From positions 49,619,631-49,683,630 of the forward strand of contig JARFYF010000084.1 in NCBI GenBank assembly GCA_030265395.1: DNA of 64,000 bases, written 5' to 3'. Source of the DNA: Rhina ancylostomus (Eukaryota). Made by a program: the position numbers and the translations under genes. Below the pieces are notes generated by a model that did not search any database, was not told the DNA's origin, and saw only the letters and a list, made by a program, of their open reading frames with translations. Numbering within the stretch: the stretch's first letter is position 1; the number at the start of each line of letters is the position of its first letter. This document shows, in pieces, positions 12,984-24,150 of this stretch.

Positions 12984-13446
12984 ATTGATAGCAGTAATGT
13001 CGTTAGCAGAGTGATGGAGGAGAGGGAATGAGAGTGTGGGGTGAGAATAGGGGCGGGAAGAGTAAGAGAAGGGCTGAGAGTAGAATGCAGCAATTTGTGC
13101 TGACAGCTCAGTGTGAAAACTAAAATGCTACTCCACCACTAAAATAAATCGGACATCTCACCAAGCTCACTGGATGAATAGCACAGGCACCCTGCACGAT
13201 GATTGTCCAATTTGTACCATGCACAATGTCCTTTCTATACTGGGTTCCTAAGATTCTACATAATACCCTCATCTGTAATTTAACCCATACTTTCCACAAA
13301 TATTTTTAATTTGGAATATGAAAGACAAAATCCTTTGTTCCTCTGTTTAATAATTATGTTTTTCAAAACCCACTCCATTACAAATAGAATCATTTCTTTT
13401 TAAAAAGTGCAGCTGTTTCAAGTCTGGAAATGCTGAGGAAATGCTG

Positions 13447-13459
13447 GTTGCTAAGCAAC
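13447..13459. promoter_or_regulatory. RFX X-box motif (GTTGCTAAGCAAC)
   Basis: Palindromic arms GTTGCT/AGCAAC around a single base fit the RFX consensus. Function untested. Confidence 0.45.
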
Positions 13460-14495
13460 ATAGCTGATGATATTGAGGCCGTGCATTTGTTTTTCTATGT
13501 GACATTCCAGGGAATTTCAGCCTCTGACATTAGCAAGCAGTATCATTGATAAACTAGGATCACTGATTGATTGCTGGTACTTATTTTGTTAAATTCAAAC
13601 AAGGCCATTCACTGTTTAAGACAAGACTACATAACTTTGAAAGATGATATGTTTTAGATTTTATTCATAATCATTATTTTACTGAAGGATTTGATACATC
13701 ACCATGAGGCCAGTAAAGGTCAGCTTGATGCTCCAAACACAAAAAAGAAACATGATGCTTGCACTGTGCACCACCCAGTGGGACTCTTTCTCAGAGATCT
13801 TGAATGAGCTGTAAGAAATTGCTTAATTTTATCAACCTAGATTCAGTGAAAGCCCTGTTGATGTCCATTTTCAATTGGTTACTCATGGTTAATTCAGATT
13901 TCCTTGGCATTTGCATCCAGTGTTCCGCATCCATCATTAAATTTCATTAACATCAACAGAAACATTTCCAGAAATAATGTATGGACTTGAGGTAACTACA
14001 GATTGGAAAGCAGTCCATGATTTCCTCAGACTAAACAAATGCTGTACCAGAACAATCCACAAAGAAATGACAATTCAGTATAATAGACCATCCTCTTGGA
14101 ATACAGTATTCAGTCACTTGATGAAAGTGGAATAGGTCCAAGGAATGGGAACTTAATTTTTATCTTTGTAATAAAAGACGATTTATAGCTTATGTATTCA
14201 CAATTCCTTTTTTATCCTATTCATAAAAGTAAGCTCTATTAATCACATATTGAAGTCAAGCAGGAATCTAGAGCTGCAGTTTCATTACATGTGATTCTTA
14301 CAGAAATAATAGCTTGTAGAAGTATGCTATTTGCTTAATCTGCCATTCATATGATATATACTGGCCTCTGTACAAGGCACAGCAGGTAGACATTTCATTT
14401 CCATTGTTTGTTTAGCCCATCAATCAACATGATTGTTTTGCACAGGGATCTTTTCTACAACATTCAAAATTGGAAATGCATTTGTATATTTTATT

Positions 14496-14518
14496 TATAT
14501 ATATATATATATATATAT
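14496..14518. repeat. (TA)n microsatellite
   Basis: Direct reading. Confidence 0.95.
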
Positions 14519-16257
14519 CTGTGAAAATAAATACCATATTTATTCTTTACTTTCATACAAATTCTACAAGCTTCATTGGAGGAAATTTTCAAATACTGAT
14601 ACTGAGACAAACAATGCAAGTTTTCNNNNNNNNNNNNNNNNNNNNNNNNNNNNNNNNNNNNNNNNNNNNNNNNNNNNNNNNNNNNNNNNNNNNNNNNNNN
14701 NNNNNNNNNNNNNNNNNNNNNNNNNAAGCTTCATTGGAGGAAATTTTCAAATACTGAAACTGAGCCAAACAATGCAAGTTTTCACTTGCCAAAATCACAC
14801 CATGCCCATGTTGTAGGACTTCCCCAGCTCTGAGCTTCTGACTACATTGGAGCAGGTAGGAGAAATATGTTTTTCAATTTTACTAAAGGATAAATTTGAA
14901 AATTATTGTGGAAGCAGGATATAGTCTGCCTGAAGAAACATAGCTCCCAAACTCCTGTCTATTGGTTGGAATAATGGAAGCACCACTACTTAAGGCAGGT
15001 GCAAAGAGATTCTGTGTTTGATACCGAAGTGTTCTGTTTTCCTCAGGACAGCAGTATAACATACCTGCAAATGATGGTGCCAGCCTCAGTGCTGTGCACT
15101 ACCTGTGGAACCTGGGAACAGCTGTGAAAGCAGATGGTACATATTAAGAAAGGTGTCTGAAAAGACTACCCAAGTGTCCCATTTGCGAGGCAGATAGACC
15201 AAGTACTCACGCCATGAAGCATTACCTGTCAACCTGTTGCACGTCAATCATCAACTCAGGCCAACTGCTCACAACTCTTTCATTGGATCTCGTACTCACA
15301 TTCCAGCAGGGAACATATAAAATATAAAACCTGAAACTGAAAGCATTAACATATAATCTTCAGTGACTTCTAAACACAGAAACATATTTGTATATTTAAT
15401 AGCACCATTGATGAGCTGCACACATGTATATGATCTTCTGATGTACAACATTTAGATGTTACTTCCCTGCATGACAAGATAGCATATAATTCAATTATTA
15501 GGAAGGAGGGCTCAGAAAAGCCCTAGATTCTTGGAGGTTTTCATTCCTATATATCGTTAGGTGACATTGCAGATCCTTGCTAAGACATAATATCGGCCTC
15601 CTCTTCTTACACGTTCCCTCACAAACTTGAACAGAAAATTGAGTACAAGGTCTCTTTGAAAGTATTTCTTGGAGGCAGCATTCTGACACTTCCCAGCATT
15701 GACTTTAACACTGGATTTTGCAACAACTTATGATGATCTGCATCTATCTCAGCTATCCAATTAATGCACTTTGTGAGCCTGAACAAGTAGCAAAAGGTGA
15801 ATCAAAGTGCACAGATGAGACTGAAGAAACAAGGTGACCATATGCCTGCCTTCAATATCCCTTCCATCTAATTATAGCAGTAAAGCAACATTGGCAAGTT
15901 GCATTATATTGTTGCTGCTCAGTGTGGAAGGAAATGAGAGAATATATCAGTTCCCCTATGCATCAGCAAAGGGTAGAAGACTTTGATGTTCACATCAAAG
16001 AGGGTCCAGTTGGCTGCAATAGTTCATTTGGCAGGTACAGTCTGCATTTGGTTTCCTGTTAACCTGGAATCTGCACAGCATTGTCAGGTGGTCAGTTAGG
16101 TACACTTGATCATTCAAGTGCATTGTAATATCTCTGTCACTAAATGCTATAGATACAAACATGTAACCAAAAAGACAAGTGAAATTCTGTCCTTTATCTC
16201 AAGCTACATCTTGATCAGATATGGCATTCTGTGTACAATTCTGGGCATTGTACCTCT

Positions 16258-16430
16258 GCAGACACAAGAGACTGCAGATGCTGGAATCTAAAGCAACAAA
16301 CAAGATGCTGGAGGAACTCAGCAGGTGAGGCAGTATCTGTGAAGGGAAATGGACAGTTGATGTTTTGGGTCAAAACCCTTCATCTAGATTACTGAAGGGT
16401 CTCGACCCAAAACTTGACTATACCTCTGCA
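16258..16430. mobile_element. Penelope-like terminal repeat with palindromic core (two inverted hammerhead relics)
   Basis: gactgcagatgctggaatc..gctggaggaactcagcagg; inverted repeat gttttgggtc..acccttca / tgaagggt..gacccaaaac at 16362-16413. Confidence 0.75.
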
Positions 16431-16830
16431 TTGGTCCAGGAGGGTGGGTTATGTGGGGTTGCAAGGAACATACTGGAACTACAAAGGTTAAATTATGAGG
16501 TAAGGTTGACTAGACACGGCATGTATTCCCTTGGGTCAAGAACACCAAGGTAATCTGATTGAGATGATTAAGATGATTACATGAGTAGATAGAAACTATT
16601 TACTCTGTGCTTCAACCAGGCGCACAGCCTGCATATTACATGGAAAATGGTCATGTGCGATTTTAAAAAGACCTCCTTTGCCTAAAGAGCATAACATTCT
16701 GTAAATGTTTCCTTCTGAAATGCTGCTGAGGTGAGGTCAATTAAAATTTTCAAAATTCTGATTGATAGATTGTAGTCAGCTGAGGGTGATAAGGGATTTT
16801 GAAGCCAGGAAAATAGATTTGAGATACAAA
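16430..16830 (+). mobile_element. Old CR1 LINE 3' fragment
   Basis: ILELQRLNYEVRLTRHGMYSLGSRTPR resembles CR1 'PGL.GLSYEERL..LGLYSLE.RRLRG'. Confidence 0.6.
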
Positions 16831-17019
16831 TTATATAACCCACAGCAATTAAAGCTTAATATCCATAGACCTGTAATATAAAGGTATTTTATATTACACC
16901 TTGAAGATATTATACCAGTAAACCAAACCTTTGGCCAGATCAGATTTTACACTGTGACTTAAAAGTGGAAAGTGAGATTGCAAGGCAGAGAGGTTTCCAG
17001 ACAACATTTGAGTTTGTGG

Positions 17020-17890
17020 TCTTCACAGGGCAGGTAACAGCTGCCAGTGCTGGAGTGATTACATTTTGGCCAGAATTACAGGAGTACAGATATCTCAGAG
17101 TTACAGGACTGAAGACAATTACAGCAATAGGAATGGACAAGACAAAGGACAGTTTTGAAAACAAAGTTAAGAATTGTAACCAGTGTACATCAGCAAGCAG
17201 TGGTTTTGGGCCAAACAGCCCTTGATGTTATGGAGGACACTGAGCAGCTTTATGGAGAGTAGGATATGGGAGGCTAGCCAGTAGTTTGTTGAAATAGTTG
17301 GAAGTCTACAGATAATACAATGGGTCTGCTGTTGAGCAACTGATGAAGTGATACTGGTGGATTGTAAGGTGATACAAATAATCTGATAGTTTCAAAACAG
17401 AGTTGGAGGTGAGAGAATGCTTACAGACATTAATGACATTTTTTAGGTAACGTTCCCAGTGGGATAACAACAGATGAAAATAGAAGAGGGGCAGGAATGT
17501 ATTCTTACTGGAAGACCACAGATAGGGCACAGAAGAGTGAAGACATATCATTGTCAATGGCTCTCAGAATGTGAGTGAACTTGCACATTTAGAACACACC
17601 AAGTGCTGTCCCACCTGCCCAGATGATGGTAGTGTGTTTGGAGGAAATTGGAATGGTCAGTGGTGTTAAAGATAAGTGGAGAGTGGAGAAGTACAAACAG
17701 GGATAAATTACCTTGGTCGTAATTGTTTCTGGGGTTGGTAGTGGTGGAAGCCCAAATGAACAGATTGAAAGTTAGAGGACTAGGATGTGAAGATTTTGAG
17801 AAACAATGTGCTCAAGAACTTTGGACAGAAGGATTTTGGACACAGACATGCAGTTTGCCAGGCAGATTAGGTGATTGCTTTGTGAAGGAC
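17020..17890 (-). mobile_element. Highly decayed L2-type LINE
   Basis: Purine-rich plus strand; catatcattgtca reads as an ADDT-like remnant on minus; ggatatgggaggctagcc resembles L2 ORF2. Weak. Confidence 0.4.
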
Positions 17891-18306
17891 TTGCNNNNNN
17901 NNNNNNNNNNNNNNNNNNNNNNNNNNNNNNNNNNNNNNNNNNNNNNNNNNNNNNNNNNNNNNNNNNNNNNNNNNNNNNNNNNNNNNNNNNNNNNNNNNNN
18001 NNNNNNNNNNNNNNNNNNNNNNNNNNNNNNNNNNNNNNNNNNNNNNNNNNNNNNNNNNNNNNNNNNNNNNNNNNNNNNNNNNNNNNNNNNNNNNNNNNNN
18101 NNNNNNNNNNNNNNNNNNNNNNNNNNNNNNNNNNNNNNNNNNNNNNNNNNNNNNNNNNNNNNNNNNNNNNNNNNNNNNNNNNNNNNNNNNNNNNNNNNNN
18201 NNNNNNNNNNNNNNNNNNNNNNNNNNNNNNNNNNNNNNNNNNNNNNNNNNNNNNNNNNNNNNNNNNNNNNNNNNNNNNNNNNNNNNNNNNNNNNNNNNNN
18301 NNNNNN

Positions 18307-19250
18307 ATTACCCATTCTTCTATTCTCCTCTTGGAGAGAACAAAGATGAGTTCTCCAGGTCCTCAACTTTCACCCCACCAGCCTTTACATTTAAGGGACA
18401 ATTCTGTGATTTCCACAAGCTCCAACAAGATTCCACCATTTGACACATATTCCCTCCCCCCATTATCAGCAGGTCAAAATGCCTGTTCCATTTTCAAATC
18501 TCTGGTCCACTCTTCTGCCCCCACCAACCACTCCTCAACTTATGGCATTTTTCCTTGCAACACCTGTCTATTTGCATCTTCTACTTTCAACATCCTGGGA
18601 CCCAAAGATTGTTTGCAACTGAAGCAACAATTCACTTGCATCCCTTTTAGTTGAGTGTCCTGCATTTGGTGTTCTCTGTGTGACTTCCTCAACACTGGAG
18701 AGCCAAGCAGTTTGTGGAGCACTTGTGTTCAGTCCACAGGGGTGAATCAAAGGTCCATGTTCCCTGCCACTTTGATGCTCCATCCCACTCTCACTTTGAC
18801 CTCTGTAACAGTGTAGGAGGCCAGAAACAAAGAGGCCCAATGCAAGCTTGAGGAACAAAACCTCATCTTCTATCTGGCCACATCATAGACTTCCAGACTC
18901 AATATTGAATTCTTCAAAATTAGGTAGCTTGTTCTATCCAATTCAAAACTGCCATTTTTTCTGTAAGTCATTATCTGTCTCCAATAGTAATAACTTGACC
19001 TGTGAAGCATGTCCCACAACCCTGCTGTTAACAACACAAAGCATTGACAAAGAAGCACAATCATCCTCTTACCACCCCATTAACCTGTTTCACCTGATCT
19101 CACCCTATCACAGATAAATCATTTATCTTCTCCTGCAGCTTCTCAGCAATTTAAAATTCACCCTTTAACCTCCCTAACCTGAAACTTTAACTTCTATTTC
19201 CACAGATGCCAGCTGACCTGATTAGTGTTTCTGTATTTTCTGTTTTATTT
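18307..19250 (+). mobile_element. Penelope-like element, GIY-YIG endonuclease region + terminal repeat, decayed
   Basis: GIFPCNTCLFASSTFNILGPKDCLQLKQQFTC..SCIWCSLC..NTGE matches the Penelope motif 'GPK..FQVKQ.FTC.S..VYCI.C..C..LYIGE'. Ends with ctccacagatgc..tgacctg terminal sequence. Confidence 0.8.
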
Positions 19251-19416
19251 AGGATGCATCACATCTGGACCAAGAAAGTGGTGGGAGCTTAGTCCAATAT
19301 AGCTCTGGACATTACCTCCTTAAACCAGTTAAGAGCTTGGACTTCAATCTTCTCAGTAATTGTATCAGATTTGAAACTCTACTCATGCCACTGTTCTGAC
19401 AAACATACAATGGCAC

Positions 19417-19793
19417 TGTCACAATGTTGAGCAAAGAGCAAGCTCAGAGAACCCAAATGCAGCACACTGATACAGGACTGGAGTCAGGATACTTCCTCAG
19501 GACCAAACACAGGCAGCAACTGGAAGGAATCNNNNNNNNNNNNNNNNNNNNNNNNNNNNNNNNNNNNNNNNNNNNNNNNNNNNNNNNNNNNNNNNNNNNN
19601 NNNNNNNNNNNNNNNNNNNNNNNNNNNNNNNATACTCTGGCAACTAGTGCTGGAGAAACCCAGGTACTTATGCTAGGCCCCTGATGGGGCTCAGGTGTGT
19701 GTCATTATGCAATCAGTCCTGCATGGAATCCATGTGCTGTACAACAAGGCATCTAAGGAGCTAAATCGAGGGTTAGTACTCAGAACCATGACA
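19417..19793 (-). mobile_element. Solo Gypsy-type LTR family A, complete, 5-bp TSD GGCAC
   Basis: TGTCA...TGACA termini; GGCAC at 19412-19416 and 19794-19798. Orientation inferred from the minus-strand ctgcatttgggttc..cattgtgaca 3' end typical of fish Gypsy LTRs. Confidence 0.9.
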
Positions 19794-21961
19794 GGCACAC
19801 TAGCAAAAAGGTCGAAGGAATTTCAGGTCCATTGTTTCTGAGAATGTAACCATTGAAGTATTTTAATGAAGATTTAGGAGAATTTATGACAAAGTAAACC
19901 ATGGCAAAATCAGTTTATTGTGGAGAACAGTGTAATAAAGGTGAGGGAAAGACAAACTATGTGTTCATCTACATTCATCCAAATACAATATTAATTCAAA
20001 ATTAGATCTAAGTTCAGCAGATTTACAAGTTCTACCTTAAATTTTCATTGTGATAGAAGAAGAGACAAAAAGATCTCAGTTTCATTGTCACTCCAATTTC
20101 CGTTGCAGTACTGTGTTTATTAAAGGTGGAGGAAAAAGCCTAGTGATCTCAATTGAGGCAAAGTAAATCCACAGATTTTAGGTGAACATCATGGATGCCC
20201 TTGGATGGGGCAACTTTATTATGAAAATATACAATATAAATTAATTTGTATTGAATAACTGAAAACACTTAGAGGTACATACGACCCAGGAGTTCAGGTT
20301 AGAATTAGATATTCTGAAGATCATTTGAGGTCTGGAAACCTTTAAGTGACATTTAATTGCCTCACAACCTCAGAGTGAGACACATAAACAATTTGGTTTT
20401 CCTCACAGTGTGTACCTATTGAAAATTTATATCAATGATGGACAGACTTGGCTCTCCAATGAACAGAGTTCATTCTGGAGGATGCTACAGGTGCAGGTAG
20501 GGAGCCTGTTGCTGCATTTGAGAGTGTCGGGATATGGAGTTGGGGCATAATGGGTTCTGATCCTGGTCCTCTCTGATGCCCAGTCTCAGGGAGGGGATGG
20601 AATTGGGGTTCAGATCCTGCAAGGAGTGTGGAGACATCATACTGCAGGGAAGAAGGTAAAATCAAGTGACGGGGCAGGGAAAACACTGACTTCTGCCTCA
20701 TAGGTTTAGCTGTAAAGCCACACAACCATTTAATGAATTCCTCCTTGCCGCCTTTTCTATTCATTTTCAGGGTATGAACAATTCACTATCCTGTAGTTTT
20801 AACAGCCCCAGCTCCTCGTCTGATATGCACTTAGAAATCTATCTATCTTTAATTATCTGACTCACTACATTATTTATTGTAATATGAGAAAGAAGTAATA
20901 TAGTAAGAATTAAAACTTTAATATTACTGCGAGAGATATATTGGAACTAGTTGAAAATTTTTAAATGTTGATGGGATGGAAGATGACACAAACAGGAGCA
21001 TAGCTGTTATTGTGTGTGTGAGATTGAAAGTCTGCAATGATGTCTCAGTGAAAATTACATTGCAACTTGAGAGCGAAATTTGGGCATTTGGTGAACATGG
21101 GAAAGATTTTCACCCCTACGCTTGGTGAATTAAGCACCACTGATGCATTAAGCAGAAAGGAAGATTGGATAGGGAGAACCATACTTTGGTGACATGGTCT
21201 GAATAATGTTCCTTCCATTTAAATTAACAGAAAAACGTTCAGCAAGGTTCTGTAATAAGCATACATTGCTCCTTGGTCAGCATTGTTTACGGTGCTCCTT
21301 CCAGTTTGAAAGATGAAAATCTACATCACTATGTGATAGCTCAAGGTTAAATTGTGTTTCTTTAATACTGTGAGCTAAAAATTCAGGAGTACTTTGTGAT
21401 TTACCTAATATGAGTCCTAAGGAGGCTGAAACACAGGGTTCAAAATTCACTAAAAGAGGAAAGTAAGTTGGTAAATGATGGCCTTAGTGGGGAAGGAGGA
21501 CTCTGGAAATATTATGCATCTTTGGGGTGTGATAGATATTTGAACATCTGTGTCATGAAGTCTGGGTTTAGGAAATCGTATGTGATAAGGAGGGCACTAC
21601 AGGTCTCAGGGGTGTTCAAGGGGATGCAGTATTCAAGGTGGGAATAACAATCTTTTCTTGGTTGGTTTAATGCATGTTTGGGAGCAGCATTCCTACTCCT
21701 CTCAATGTCTGTTTCAGAGATACCTAGTCCACTTTCCTTCTGCAGACATTTTGATTTCTCTCAATGCATCGCAGGGAAATTGACTGCCTCAGGGCAGATT
21801 GTGGTTATTGGGAAGACTATAGGTCTCTGACCTGAAAAGGCCTAATTCCCACTTTGGGAACAGGTAAAAAAAAAATCTCTATTTGGCCTTACACAATATT
21901 GCAATTGTCATAATTCCAACTGAACGTTTCCTGTCCAACTAAAGGTAAACTGCTGGTAGAA

Positions 21962-23503
21962 CTGTGGATAAGTGCCCAGGGCCTGATGGTATATTTCCCA
22001 GAATATTGAAAGAAGCAAGTGAGGAGATTGCTGGGACTTTGACAAGGATCTTTGCATCTTCACTAGCAACAGGAGAGGTCCTGGGGAACTGGAGAGTAGC
22101 AAATGTTGTGCCTTTATTCAAGAAGGGAAATAGGGATAATCCAGGTAATTATAGTGAGCCTCATGTCAGTGGTAGGGAAGCTATTGGAGACGATACTGAG
22201 AGATAGGATTTATGCACATTTGGAAAGGCATGGTCCACTTAGGGACAATCAGCATGTCTTTATGCGGGGCAGGTCATGTCTTGATTGAGTTTTATAAGGA
22301 GGTGACAAAGGATCTTGATGAGGGTATGGCAGTGGATATTATCTACATGGACTTCAGTAAGGCATTTGATAAGGTCCCTCATGGTAGGTGGATTCAGAAG
22401 ATAAAGATGCATGGGATCCAGGGTGAATTGGATTTGGAAATGGCCTGCCCATTGAAGACAGAGAATAGGGGTGGAAGGCTGTTATTCTGGCTGGACGTCC
22501 GTGATCAGTTGTGTTCCATGTGGATCAGTGCTGGGACTTCTGTTGTTTGTGATATATATCAATGATTTGGATGTAAATGTAGATGGATAAATTAGCAGTT
22601 TTGTAGATGACACCAAGATTGGTGAAGCTGTGGATGTGTAAAGGACTATCAAAGAACACAGTGGGATATAGGTCACTTACAGATATGGGCAGAGATATGG
22701 CAGATAAAGTTTAATACATTAGGTATTGCACTTTGGGAGGTCAAATGAAAGGAGAAAGTATACAGTTAATTGTAGGCCCCTTAATAGCATTGAGGTACCG
22801 AAGGATCTTGGGGTCCAGGTCCATAGTTCACTGGAAGTGGCTACGTAAGTGGATAAGGTGGTAAAGAAGGCGTATGGCACGCTTGCCTTCATTGGTAGGG
22901 GTATTGGGTATAAGAGCAATGAAGTCATGCTGCAGCTATGTAAAATTTTAGTCAGACAGAATATTGTCTGCAGTTCTGGTCACCCTATTATAGGAAGGAT
23001 GTGGAGATTGTGGAAAAGGTGCAGAAGAGGTTTCACCAGGATGTTGCCTGGATTAGAGGGTATGAGCTATAAGGAAAGGTTGGACAAACTTGGATTGTTC
23101 TACTTTGAGAATCAGAGGCTGAGGCGAGACCTGATAGAGGTTTTTAAAATTATGAGAGGCAGAGATAGGGTAGACAGTCAGAATCTGTTCCCCAGGGTAG
23201 AAATGTCAAACACCAGANNNNNNNNNNNNNNNNNNNNNNNNNNNNNNNNNNNAGATGATGTGAGGAGCAAGTTTTTTATGCAGAGAGTAGTATGTCCCTG
23301 GAATGGGTTAGCGGGGTAGAAGTGGAATCAGGCACTTTGTCGGAGTTTAAGAGGCTTTTCAATAGACACATCAATATGAAGGGACTGGAGAGTTATGGAT
23401 GATAAATAGGAGGAGGACACTTAGTATAAATCAGCATCAAGATCAGCACAACATCATGGGCCAAATGGCCTGTCCAGTGCTGTACTTTTCTATATTCTAT
23501 GTT
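21962..23503 (+). mobile_element. CR1 LINE, 5'-truncated, RT domain to 3' tail, frameshifted
   Basis: KCPGPDGIFPRILKEASEEIA..WRVANVVPLFKKG, YMDFSKAFDKVPHGR, ISSFVDDTKIG, KVVKKAYGTLAFIGRG; tail ttctatattctatg. Confidence 0.95.
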
Positions 23504-23509
23504 AATTGA

Positions 23510-23632
23510 TTCAGGATCTCAACCAGAAATGTTGACTAACATTTGGCTCCACAGATGCAGCTTGTCCCATTGAGTTCTTCCAATAGTTTAATTTTTTTGC
23601 TGTAGGTTCTAGTATCTGCAGTCTCTTGTTAC
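23510..23632 (+). mobile_element. Penelope-like terminal repeat fragment
   Basis: ctcaaccagaaatgttgact..ctccacagatgcagc..tgagttcttcca..atctgcagtctcttgt. Confidence 0.65.
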
Positions 23633-23734
23633 TCCATTTCCTGTCCAGCTTTTTGTTTGGTCCTTTGAGACATTGTGCCTGAAGAAGTGTATGGTGCCAG
23701 GGCAAACATGCCCTATTTTTTGGGCCTGTTGGAC

Positions 23735-24150
23735 TGTTACTAGATTACATAGTGGGAATGTGGATACTGATGAGGATGCGAGGAGGTTTCAAGAGGATAC
23801 AGACAAGATGAGAGATTGATTAATAGCATGGCAGATAGAGTACAGTATCTAAAAAAATGAGATAATTCATGTTGGGAGAAAAGAAACAGAAATACTGAAA
23901 ATTTTTAGATGGTAAGATGTCAGGAGATACTCCTACGGACCTTTGTGGCTTTGTACATAATTCATTGAGAGCTAACATGCAGGTGCAGGCAGTTAGGAAA
24001 GTAAATATTTGAGCAGAAGAGTAAAGATGTCTTACTCCAAATATATAGGGCCTTGGTGAGAACATACCTGAAATACTGTGTTCAGTATTGATTCCCTTAC
24101 TTGAAAAATGGGCCAAACTGTCCTATCCTATTCCTACGTCTTATGTCCTT
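23735..24150 (+). mobile_element. Old CR1 fragment
   Basis: gaggatgcgaggaggtttcaagaggatacagac..tggcagat..catacctgaaatactgtgttcagtattg. Confidence 0.6.

Noticed and set aside
17723-18654. Longest ORFs in the track (184-259 aa)
   Set aside because: They run through an N-gap of about 410 bases; the flanks are decayed L2 and Penelope sequence.
21962-23503. Active or domesticated reverse transcriptase
   Set aside because: Multiple frameshifts and stops; an ordinary dead CR1 copy.
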